Shown here piece after piece: positions 18,662 through 26,703 of a stretch of 58,053 nt of DNA. The notes beneath the pieces are model-generated. The model saw only the letters and a list, made by a program, of their open reading frames with translations, searched no databases and was not told the DNA's origin. This DNA is from Bacillota bacterium (GTDB lineage Bacteria > Bacillota > Limnochordia > Darwinibacteriales > Darwinibacteriaceae): positions 1-58,053 of the forward strand of contig JAAYMI010000011.1 in NCBI GenBank assembly GCA_012521465.1. The letters are read 5' to 3'. Each line of letters begins with the position of its first letter. The stretch's first letter is position 1. Made by a program: the position numbers and the translations under genes.

Positions 18662-18688
18662 GGAAACAAAGGAAACTCTTCAGTTTCC
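18662..18688 (-). terminator. weak hairpin plus T-tract after the GntR stop
   Basis: GGAAAC (18671-18676) pairs with GTTTCC (18683-18688). On the minus strand it is followed by TTTGTTTCC. Confidence 0.35.
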
Positions 18689-18702
18689 TTCGTACGAACC
18701 AC

Positions 18703-19428
18703 CTAGTTCAACTTGACTTCAAACCTGAAGCGATCTCCCCGCACCACACCCACAGTGTACTCCACACACTGGTCGCCGGCATATGTAAACCGCTCCAAGT
18801 CTAAAGCAGGGTGGCCCGGCGGCAGCTGGAACAGCTCCGCTTCTCGGCGGTTTATGGCCACAGCGCCAAAGGTTTCCTTGGCGGAATCTACAACAACGCC
18901 ATACTTGTTGCGCATCACATCGTACAGCGGCGTAGTATCCAGTTCTGCCTTGGACAGGCCGGGAAACAGCCGAACCGGCAGATAGGTGGCCTCAATGGCC
19001 ATCAGCGTCTCATCCGCATAGCGCAGACGCTTAAGGTAATAGATCTCCTCATCCTGCTGTATGTCTAAGGCCTTGGCAATTTTGGCCGTCGGAACAATAA
19101 TCTCCAGCTTTTCCACCTCATTGCGAGGATTGAGCCCCCGTTTGCGAAACTCCTCGGAAAAGCTGTAAAAACTGGTAAGCTGCTGTTCTATCTTAGGCAG
19201 CGTTACAAAGGTACCGACTCCTTGGCGGCGCTTGACCAACCCGTCCTTCTCCAGCTCCGCAAGGGCCTGCCGAACAGTAATCCTGCTCACACCATACTCT
19301 TTACAGAGTTCGAATTCAGAAGGCAGGCGGTCGCCAACTTGCCACTCATTGTTCATGATTTTCTGCGCTAAAATAGACTTTAGCTGGTAATATAGTGCGA
19401 CTGGCGAATTCTCCTTGACAAGTACCAT
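18703..19428 (-). CDS. GntR/HutC-family transcriptional regulator
   Basis: ORF 18703..19428. LPSEFELCKEYGVSRITVRQALAELEKDGLV wHTH plus a UTRA-like C-terminal domain. Confidence 0.85.
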   Translation of the reverse strand: MVLVKENSPVALYYQLKSILAQKIMNNEWQVGDRLPSEFELCKEYGVSRITVRQALAELEKDGLVKRRQGVGTFVTLPKIEQQLTSFYSFSEEFRKRGLNPRNEVEKLEIIVPTAKIAKALDIQQDEEIYYLKRLRYADETLMAIEATYLPVRLFPGLSKAELDTTPLYDVMRNKYGVVVDSAKETFGAVAINRREAELFQLPPGHPALDLERFTYAGDQCVEYTVGVVRGDRFRFEVKLN

Positions 19429-19447
19429 AACCTCTCCTCAAATAACT

Positions 19448-19464
19448 TGTTATAATAACATCAT
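19448..19464. promoter_or_regulatory. 13-nt palindrome TGTTAT-A-ATAACA overlapping copy 3 of the ATAACATCAT core (autoregulatory operator candidate)
   Basis: Palindrome at 19448-19460 and core at 19455-19464. Located 20-36 nt upstream of the GntR start, just 5' of its GAGGAGAGG ribosome-binding site. Confidence 0.45.
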
Positions 19465-19516
19465 ACCGTAATTCGCCAATAAATCAAGTTCCAGTTTGAA
19501 TGGCATGTTAAGATGC

Positions 19517-19542
19517 GGGGAGCAGGCCAAGGCCAGCTCCCC
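19517..19542 (-). terminator. GC-rich hairpin after the GH4 stop (no clear T-tract)
   Basis: GGGGAGC.GGCC..GGCC.GCTCCCC, a 12-bp stem with one mismatch, 22 nt downstream of the stop at 19565. Confidence 0.4.
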
Positions 19543-19564
19543 CCTTGTCGCGGCTCATATCCGC

Positions 19565-20851
19565 TTAACGGAAGTCGCCGATGTACTGCTTATTCGCTGC
19601 TAGCATGGCATCTACCACACCCTCTGCTCTCTCCCGAGAAGTGGTAGCAGGGCATACCAGCATGGCCTGTACTGCCAGCTTACGATCCTTTAGAACAGCC
19701 GCATCAACTACCAGCTCATATTCGCTGAGGCATGTTTGAATCCGGCCCAGCACACCTGAAGGCAGTGGGTCAACCATGATTCCCTTCAAACCGGACGGCG
19801 TGGTCACGCAGGGTACTTCCACCACCGCATCATAGGGAAGGCCCGGAATCTTGCCTTCATTGCGAACGTTCGCCATAAACAGCTCGGTCTTCTTGTTGGT
19901 GAGGCAGTCAATGATCTCCGCGGCGCTTTCGGCGCTGCCTGTGATGAAATCCGATACTCTTTTGTTCTCGTCCGATGCCAACCGCCGCAGTTCGGCAATC
20001 TCCTGCTGCTGGTGGTCCACAGCCTTCTGAACGTAGTCCATGTCAAGCATGTATTTTTCCACGCAGTCGGGGCTGGCGTACTCGGGCATGAACTCCACGA
20101 TATGATCGTCTCCGCCTGAGACAAACAGGCCGTACAACTCCAAGAGGTCGTATGCCAGCGGCTGAACCTCCCAGTTCTCCCGGGCATGCCGCTTGAGGAC
20201 TGGATACAGATCCCGGCCCGAGCGGTCCAGCAGGGAGGTAAGCCAGATAAAGTGATTTACCCCCGCAGCCCAGGCTTGAGCATCCTCTGCCTGATAGCCG
20301 ATGCGCGGAGCAATACGCCGCACTGTATTCTGCAGTCCGTGGCATAGTCCGATGATCTTGATGCTGGTGTACTTCTGCACAGCCCGGCAGATCGCTGTCA
20401 TGGGGTTGCTGTAATTGATCAACAGGGCATTAGGACAGACCTTTTCCATATATTTGGCAATGTCCAGGACGATCGGGATGGTTCGGAACGCCCTCGCCAT
20501 CCCCCCTGGGCCCATGGTATCTCCCACGGCGTAATAATAGCCGAACTTCCGGGGAATGGCCACATCGTTGAGCCACGCGTCCCAACCACCTTGGGCCACT
20601 GTAGAGATGACGAAATCAGCTCCGGGCAGAGCTTCCCGGAAATCTGTGCATGAACTGAGCCGCAGATCGGCCCCAGTTTCCTCAATCAGCCGCTTAGCTA
20701 GAATCGACACAAGTTCCAGACGATCCGTGTCGATATCAACCAGGACCAACTCACTGCCGCGCACTCCTTCGGTTGCACAGAGATCCCCCACTAATCTCAG
20801 CCCAAAAACTATGCTGCCAGCGCCAACTAACACGATTTTTGCCGCTGCCAC
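19565..20851 (-). CDS. glycoside hydrolase family 4 (divergent; AglA / alpha-glucuronidase-like)
   Basis: ORF 19565..20851. KIVLVGAGS, INYSNPM, IIGLCHG, AAGVNHFIWL. GTG start with GGAGG 9 nt upstream. Confidence 0.75.
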   Translation of the reverse strand: MAAAKIVLVGAGSIVFGLRLVGDLCATEGVRGSELVLVDIDTDRLELVSILAKRLIEETGADLRLSSCTDFREALPGADFVISTVAQGGWDAWLNDVAIPRKFGYYYAVGDTMGPGGMARAFRTIPIVLDIAKYMEKVCPNALLINYSNPMTAICRAVQKYTSIKIIGLCHGLQNTVRRIAPRIGYQAEDAQAWAAGVNHFIWLTSLLDRSGRDLYPVLKRHARENWEVQPLAYDLLELYGLFVSGGDDHIVEFMPEYASPDCVEKYMLDMDYVQKAVDHQQQEIAELRRLASDENKRVSDFITGSAESAAEIIDCLTNKKTELFMANVRNEGKIPGLPYDAVVEVPCVTTPSGLKGIMVDPLPSGVLGRIQTCLSEYELVVDAAVLKDRKLAVQAMLVCPATTSRERAEGVVDAMLAANKQYIGDFR

Positions 20852-20881
20852 TTCGCTTCGCCTCCATCGCTTTAGGTTACT

Positions 20882-21871
20882 TTACACTGCTTGCAGATGA
20901 TTTGCATATGCCAGCATGAGGGAGCCAATCACACCTGTCTTCGATCCATAGGTCGCAGGGCGGATCTCGACACGCTTGTCCACCACACCCGATAACCACC
21001 GCTTAAGGGCCTCTTCAAGGTGAGAAAAGAGTATATCCCCTGCGTCTGAGACTCCCCCGCCAATCGTCACCACTTCAGGGTCAACTAAAGCAGCGAGATT
21101 GTTGATGCCAATTGCGAGGTATTTTGCGGTATCCCGCACCACCGCTAACGCCGCTGCATCGCCCTGGCGTGCTGCGGAAAAGACTTTTTCCGCAGTCGCG
21201 ACCCCGCTCTCCATCCCAACAACCTCGTTGTACGAACGAGCAATGGCGGGTCCGGAAACCAGCGCCTCTAGGCAGCCCTTTGCGCCGCACACACAGTCCC
21301 GGGCAGTTGGATCCACAACAACGTGGCCAAGCTCGCCAGCGAGATGGTGGGCTCCCCGAAAGAGCTTGCCGTCAAATACAAGACCCGCTGCAACGCCCGT
21401 TCCCACCGTAACGTAACAGAAATTCTTGTTCGTCCGACCCACGCCCTGAGTCAACTCAGCAATGATCGCTGTGTTCAGGTCATTGTCAATAAACACCGGA
21501 ACTCCGAAACGTTCCTGCAGTGGCTTTCTAATCTGCACCACATTAGGCCACCCCAAATTGTAGGGGCTGAATGTGTGGCCCGCCTCCGGATCTACCTGGC
21601 CCGGCAGGCCGATGCCCACACTGACCAGTTCATCCGCGGGTGCCAGGAGCTGCTCTACAACGGAAACTATCTGCCCAAGGAGCTCTTCAGGAGTGGCCTT
21701 TCTCGTCCTTTCCCTGACCAACTGCTGAATTATGCCTTCAGCATCAGCCTTCGCCGCGGCAATCTTGGTGCCTCCTATATCCAGCCCAATCCATACCCTT
21801 GGATCATCTTGGCCTCGTCTATCTCCTGTAAACGCTTGCACGTCCAATTTCATGTTGCCTACCATTGTCAC
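20882..21871 (-). CDS. ROK-family sugar kinase
   Basis: ORF 20882..21871. GLDIGGTKIA, AGELGHVVV, CVCGAKGCLE. True start uncertain (GTG 21871, ATG 21865 or ATG 21853). Confidence 0.8.
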   Translation of the reverse strand: MTMVGNMKLDVQAFTGDRRGQDDPRVWIGLDIGGTKIAAAKADAEGIIQQLVRERTRKATPEELLGQIVSVVEQLLAPADELVSVGIGLPGQVDPEAGHTFSPYNLGWPNVVQIRKPLQERFGVPVFIDNDLNTAIIAELTQGVGRTNKNFCYVTVGTGVAAGLVFDGKLFRGAHHLAGELGHVVVDPTARDCVCGAKGCLEALVSGPAIARSYNEVVGMESGVATAEKVFSAARQGDAAALAVVRDTAKYLAIGINNLAALVDPEVVTIGGGVSDAGDILFSHLEEALKRWLSGVVDKRVEIRPATYGSKTGVIGSLMLAYANHLQAV

Positions 21872-22705
21872 CTATCCTTTGAGACCAGTTAGCGCCAAGC
21901 TCTCAATAAACTGCCGCTGAATCACGAGAAACAGCAGAACAACCGGCCAGATCGACAAAGTGGAGCCCGCCATGATCAAACCGTACCTCGTGCCAAAGTC
22001 TGATTGCATCGCCGCAAGCCCAACGGGCAGAGTCCGCATGAGCGTCGAGTTGATCACCACCAGAGGCCAGAGGTAGCTGTTCCAGTTGCCCATAAAAGTG
22101 AAAATGCTCAGCGCCGATAAGGCGGGTTTCATCAGCGGCAGCATAATGCGGAAAAACGTACCAAACTCAGAGCTGCCATCAATGCGAGCTGCTTCGATCA
22201 GGTCGTTTGGGACCTCATGGCAGAACTGCTTCATCAAATACAGCCCAAAGGGGCTGACCAAGAACGGTATGATCAGGCCACCGTAATTGCCGACCAAACC
22301 AAACGAATGGGAAATTCGAAACAACGGCACAAGCAGCACCTCAAAAGGAACCATAAGGTTAGCCAGGATCAGGATGAAGAATAGATTCTTGCCGAGGAAG
22401 TTGTATTTGTCAAACAGATAGCCCCCTAGCGAGCTCGTGAAGAGCACCAATAGGGTGGTTGTGATGGCAACGATCAAGCTGTTTACATAGTAGCGCCCAA
22501 ATGGAAGTGTTTCGAACAGCTGCTCAAAATTACGCAGCGTAAACTGCTGCGGCAAAAATGTAGGTGGAATCCGCATGATTTCCGCAGGTGTTTTGAAGGA
22601 GCTGACCAAGGTCCAGATAATGGGGAAGACCATGATCACGGCCCCGGCCGTTAGGACAATGTAGAGAGCCACAAGCTTCAGTGAACGCGTGTTCATCAGT
22701 TTCAC
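21872..22705 (-). CDS. CUT1 carbohydrate ABC transporter permease (MalG-like)
   Basis: ORF 21872..22705. EAA loop LIEAARIDGSSEFGTFFRIMLPL. Confidence 0.85.
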   Translation of the reverse strand: MKLMNTRSLKLVALYIVLTAGAVIMVFPIIWTLVSSFKTPAEIMRIPPTFLPQQFTLRNFEQLFETLPFGRYYVNSLIVAITTTLLVLFTSSLGGYLFDKYNFLGKNLFFILILANLMVPFEVLLVPLFRISHSFGLVGNYGGLIIPFLVSPFGLYLMKQFCHEVPNDLIEAARIDGSSEFGTFFRIMLPLMKPALSALSIFTFMGNWNSYLWPLVVINSTLMRTLPVGLAAMQSDFGTRYGLIMAGSTLSIWPVVLLFLVIQRQFIESLALTGLKG

Positions 22706-22706
22706 C

Positions 22707-23612
22707 TCAATACTCCCATTGTGTTCTGAAGTGGAACAGCTGTAAAAGGGTGATTAGCAGGATAATTCCAAACAACACCACCGATGCAGCCGCGGCCTGA
22801 TTCATCTTGAGGTATTCGAATGCGTGTTCATACACATAAAACACTAAGTTGGTTGTTGCCCGCATGGGACCACCACTCGTCATGACCTGGATCGGGTCAA
22901 ACACTTTGAACGACGAGATGGCCGTCATGATGACCACAAACTGCATCACAGGGCGGAGAAGAGGAACTGTGATGTACCGAAACAGCTGAAAGCCGTTGGC
23001 CCCGTCAATCCTCGCGGCTTCGTAAAAATATGTGGGTATGCCCTGCAGCCCCGCGAGAAAAACTACGACATTATAACCCAGGTCTCGCCAGACCCACATC
23101 ACAGCAATGGAAAACAGCGCCCATTTCGGATCAGAAAGCCATGCTTGGGGCATCAGTCCGAGCACTTCCACCACCGTGTTGATCAGACCCACATGGGGAT
23201 TGTAAAGATAGATCCAGACGATAGAAACAGCAACGACGGAAGTCACAGCAGGTAGAAAATACGCACTGCGCAGTGCTTCCCGGAAGCGGGTGATCGTGTT
23301 CAGCCCTAGAGCAATGGGCAGCGATAGCAAGATGTTCATGGGCAGGACCATGAGGGAGAACTTGAAGGTGTTGACAATCGCTGTCCGGAAGATCCGGTCC
23401 GAAAGCATATCCTTATAGTTGCGCAGCTTGACAAACTCGTCAACAGGTCGCAGAACACTGCTTCCCCGGAAGAAACTGAGAATAAAACCTTCCACTATTG
23501 GCCAAAAAGAGAACACGAACAATGGCATCAGCAGAATAACGAGAGAGATTGCCACAAAGGGTGTGAAGCCCCAGCTCTTTATTCTGCGCTTGAGGGTAGG
23601 CATGCGGTACAC
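22707..23612 (-). CDS. CUT1 carbohydrate ABC transporter permease (MalF-like)
   Basis: ORF 22707..23687. EAA loop FYEAARIDGANGFQLFRYITVPL. The first 25 codons look non-native. GTG 23612 (GGAGG 7 nt upstream) or ATG 23603 is preferred. Confidence 0.8.
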   Translation of the reverse strand: MYRMPTLKRRIKSWGFTPFVAISLVILLMPLFVFSFWPIVEGFILSFFRGSSVLRPVDEFVKLRNYKDMLSDRIFRTAIVNTFKFSLMVLPMNILLSLPIALGLNTITRFREALRSAYFLPAVTSVVAVSIVWIYLYNPHVGLINTVVEVLGLMPQAWLSDPKWALFSIAVMWVWRDLGYNVVVFLAGLQGIPTYFYEAARIDGANGFQLFRYITVPLLRPVMQFVVIMTAISSFKVFDPIQVMTSGGPMRATTNLVFYVYEHAFEYLKMNQAAAASVVLFGIILLITLLQLFHFRTQWEY

Positions 23613-23660
23613 TGAAGCACCTCCTGTAACCGGGAAAATTGGTGCACCTTCCTGAATGAG

Positions 23661-23692
23661 GGCAGTTGGGAAGCTGGGGCCTCCCAACTGCC
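23661..23692 (-). promoter_or_regulatory. intercistronic stem-loop just downstream of the binding-protein gene
   Basis: GGCAGTTGGGA (23661-23671) pairs perfectly with TCCCAACTGCC (23682-23692), with a 10-nt loop. Lies between the SBP stop (23704) and the permease start. Confidence 0.55.
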
Positions 23693-23703
23693 TACTAACT
23701 GCA

Positions 23704-24963
23704 TTACCTGCCGTCGGCTTCGGCGATCATCTGGTTGATCTCGGCTTCGATGTTCTGCAGAGCCTGATCGATGGAAATCTGACCGAGTGCGGCCGCGTCG
23801 ACAGCGTCCATGATAATTCTTACGAACTGCTGTGCGTTCCGCAGGTCACCCAGCGGCCGGCCGTAAGGCATCATCTTGAAGGGAACCTCTAAGTATGGAT
23901 TGACCTCCAAGAGCTCTGGATCGGACATGAGCGCTTTGTTCGGAGGAATGTTCATGGTTGTCTTCAGGAAGTGCCGTGCCTGTTCTGTTGATGTTGCGAA
24001 CTTAACGAAGTCCCAGGCCACGTCTTGGTGAGGCGTGTCTTTTGATACAACCAGGCCCCATCCCGACTGTGATGCGTAGTTTGGATCTGCATCAGTAACA
24101 GATGGCGTTGGGAAGTAGGCGATCTCCAACTCAGGATATTCAGACTTCACAAAGCTGATTGCCCAGGATCCGATGGCCACCATCGCGGCCCGCTGCTGCA
24201 CGAAGATGTCAGTCGGAGCAGTTGTTTCTCTGGCCATGACTTGATGAGCCGCAGTGAGGTTGACGATCTCCTGCAGCGCTTTCTTGGCTTCAGGTGTGGT
24301 GAAGTTCACGGCTGTTTGGTCTTCGTTCCAGTACTCGCCGCCGTTCTGCAGAATGAAAGCCAGCAGGTAATAGACTGTGGCGTCGCCGCCGCCAAGGTAG
24401 AAGCCGTGCCTGGAGATGAGGTTGCCCCGCTTGATGGTAGCCTTCTTGGCCGCCTCAATCAGTTCATCCCAGGTGGTAGGCAGCGTCTCAACTCCAACGG
24501 AGCGGAGGATCTCCATGTTGGCCAGAATGCCGCCGTATTCGAAGTTCGACTCCCGCGGCATTGCATAATACACGCCGTTGTGCTTGTAGCCGCCAATGGC
24601 ACCTTCAAAAAAGGCTTCTTCCATTTCTTCCGTTGTCATGAGTTCGGCTGGAACTGGTTCAACCAGCCCATTCTTCGCGTAGCTCATGATGAGCCGCCCG
24701 CTCATTTCGAGGATGTCAGGCTGCTCGCCTACGCTAAACGACGTCAAGCTCTTCTGCAGGAATGTGTCATAAGGGAATGTTTCATAGATAATCTTGACGT
24801 TTGGGTTAAGCGCCTCGTATGCTGCAATAATGTCTCTGTTTGCCTGCTCAAAGAACGCGTTGCTGTGCCCCCACATGTGGAGAGTAATCTGCTCCGCATA
24901 AGCCCCAATGGAACCGGCCAACAACAGCGAGATCACCATAAACAATCCAAGCAGCTTTCGCAC
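23704..24963 (-). CDS. CUT1 extracellular solute-binding protein
   Basis: ORF 23704..24963. Signal peptide (M/V)RKLLGLFMVISLLLAGSIGAYA/EQ without a cysteine. GTG start with AAGGAG 10 nt upstream. Confidence 0.85.
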   Translation of the reverse strand: MRKLLGLFMVISLLLAGSIGAYAEQITLHMWGHSNAFFEQANRDIIAAYEALNPNVKIIYETFPYDTFLQKSLTSFSVGEQPDILEMSGRLIMSYAKNGLVEPVPAELMTTEEMEEAFFEGAIGGYKHNGVYYAMPRESNFEYGGILANMEILRSVGVETLPTTWDELIEAAKKATIKRGNLISRHGFYLGGGDATVYYLLAFILQNGGEYWNEDQTAVNFTTPEAKKALQEIVNLTAAHQVMARETTAPTDIFVQQRAAMVAIGSWAISFVKSEYPELEIAYFPTPSVTDADPNYASQSGWGLVVSKDTPHQDVAWDFVKFATSTEQARHFLKTTMNIPPNKALMSDPELLEVNPYLEVPFKMMPYGRPLGDLRNAQQFVRIIMDAVDAAALGQISIDQALQNIEAEINQMIAEADGR

Positions 24964-25043
24964 TAAATTTCAGCTCCTTTTTTGGTGTAATTGCGTAAAA
25001 GCCCAGTTTCTTTCACAGCACAAAACCAGCTCAGCCCTAGATT

Positions 25044-26231
25044 TCACCTCCCTGTTGACCTGGGTTTTAGCTTCAGCCCTTCGATAGCCCTGGCTGTCGC
25101 ACGATGCCGGAAGGGGTTGTCAGGACATAGTCCAAGCGTCATCGCAGACTGCAGGGCCATACACTGCAGGGCAACGGTATCCAAAGGAGCACGCCAGCTG
25201 TCGGGAATCTGGTGAGTGCCTGATTCATCGAGCACCAACACGCAGTCAGCAAGCTCCTCTAGGTTGTAGTCGTGCAGAGCGATTACTAAACTGAACGAGT
25301 TGGGCCTGCGTTCCCGCATTTCCTGGACTACGCTCAGTTGGTAATCCCGGACATCTTGATCAGCAGATAAGAGCGAAATGATCAAGGTTCGGTCGTTGAT
25401 CACATTGGCATTGCCGTGTCGAGCCCCTAAGAATGACTCGGCGATCCCCATGATCTGACCATCGCTAAACTCCTCGAACTTCAGAACACCCTCGAGGGCC
25501 ACCCCATACAGAGAGCTGTCGCCCATGACGTACACTCTCTCAAACTTTCCGTCAGCGACAATTCCCATCAGCTCGTGGCTGCGAGCCAGGAGCCTTTGTC
25601 CGAGCAGTGCTAGCGATTCCACTACAGGTGCTGCATCGATGCCCGCAGCGAGAGCAGCCAGCGCTTGCCCGGCCACAATCAAACTAGTAAACGAACTAGT
25701 CATCGCCAACCCCCGATCGAGGGTCTTGGGATGCAGCACAATAGATGCAGCGTTTGGCCGCTGCTCTCCCAAGGAGGCGAGATAACTCTCGGAGTTGCAG
25801 GTTACGCCCACATGGTATGGATTGACTCCCACAGCATCCGCCAGTTTCACGGACCCAATCGATTCGGGGTTGTTCCCAGAGCGAGCAAAGGAAATATGCA
25901 GGTGCGGACCCGTGCCGCAGAACACCACACCGGGCTCGGTGATGATGCGGGTTGTTGGCCAGGCTTCACACGGACTTCCGAGCAGCTCCCGCCACAAGGG
26001 CTGCAGCGCCACGGCTACATAGTAGGACGTACCAGCACCCGATAAGATCACGTGTGGGCGTTCCTTACCCTGAAAATCGCGCCACTTCTGCAGGTCCGGT
26101 CTAGCCGCGACCCTGGCGCAGGTATCTCTCCACATTTCAGGCTGTTGGTTAATTTCCACAGCAGTGTGCACCAGGCCGATGCTTTCTTTCTCTTCCTGGC
26201 TGAGGTTGACGTAATACTCTATCCCTCGCAC
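25044..26231 (-). CDS. AgaS-like double-SIS sugar-phosphate isomerase/deaminase
   Basis: ORF 25044..26261. EINQQPEMW, LSGAGTSYY and FARSGNNPES match the AgaS/tagatose-6-P ketose-aldose isomerase family. GTG 26231 (GGAGGCGGAG 7 nt upstream) is preferred over TTG 26261. Confidence 0.75.
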   Translation of the reverse strand: MRGIEYYVNLSQEEKESIGLVHTAVEINQQPEMWRDTCARVAARPDLQKWRDFQGKERPHVILSGAGTSYYVAVALQPLWRELLGSPCEAWPTTRIITEPGVVFCGTGPHLHISFARSGNNPESIGSVKLADAVGVNPYHVGVTCNSESYLASLGEQRPNAASIVLHPKTLDRGLAMTSSFTSLIVAGQALAALAAGIDAAPVVESLALLGQRLLARSHELMGIVADGKFERVYVMGDSSLYGVALEGVLKFEEFSDGQIMGIAESFLGARHGNANVINDRTLIISLLSADQDVRDYQLSVVQEMRERRPNSFSLVIALHDYNLEELADCVLVLDESGTHQIPDSWRAPLDTVALQCMALQSAMTLGLCPDNPFRHRATARAIEGLKLKPRSTGR

Positions 26232-26264
26232 ATCTCCGCCTCCAGTCTTTGCTGAGCTCAAACA

Positions 26265-26276
26265 TACAACTTATTT
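26265..26276. repeat. direct repeat TACAACTTATTT, copy 1
   Basis: Identical 12-mer at 26339-26350, offset 74 bp. Both copies lie in the divergent promoter region between the AgaS-like operon and the ROK regulator gene. Confidence 0.6.
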
Positions 26277-26338
26277 CTTCAATCTAAACAAGTAGTAATG
26301 TGTCTATTCACCAAGAATTCGCCAATTCCTCCTGGACC

Positions 26339-26350
26339 TACAACTTATTT
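26339..26350. repeat. direct repeat TACAACTTATTT, copy 2
   Basis: See copy 1 at 26265-26276. Confidence 0.6.
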
Positions 26351-26703
26351 TTAGCTTTTTGTACATCCTTTGCATGGGGGATACCGCGGGCGCCACCGAC
26401 GGCTAGCTCGCTGTTTGCTTTTTCTCCCAGTTCACAGGGGATATACACAGCCGCTCGTGGCGTTACTTAAGCAGGAGAAAAATGTGGGAGTGGGATTTCG
26501 GGGTAAAGAGGAGGTAAAAGCCTGTAGCTTCGGTGATTGCTTTAGAAACACGCAATAAGTTGCTGGCGACCGTCGCTCCCTTCAACGCACTCAGCTTATT
26601 TAGATGCAGGAAATAAGGCGAAGAAGGCGTATTATTGTAAAGTAGGAAAGAATAAGCCTTTTTGGAGGGCTTTTGCTGCAAACTGAGATAGGAGTAGATC
26701 AGT

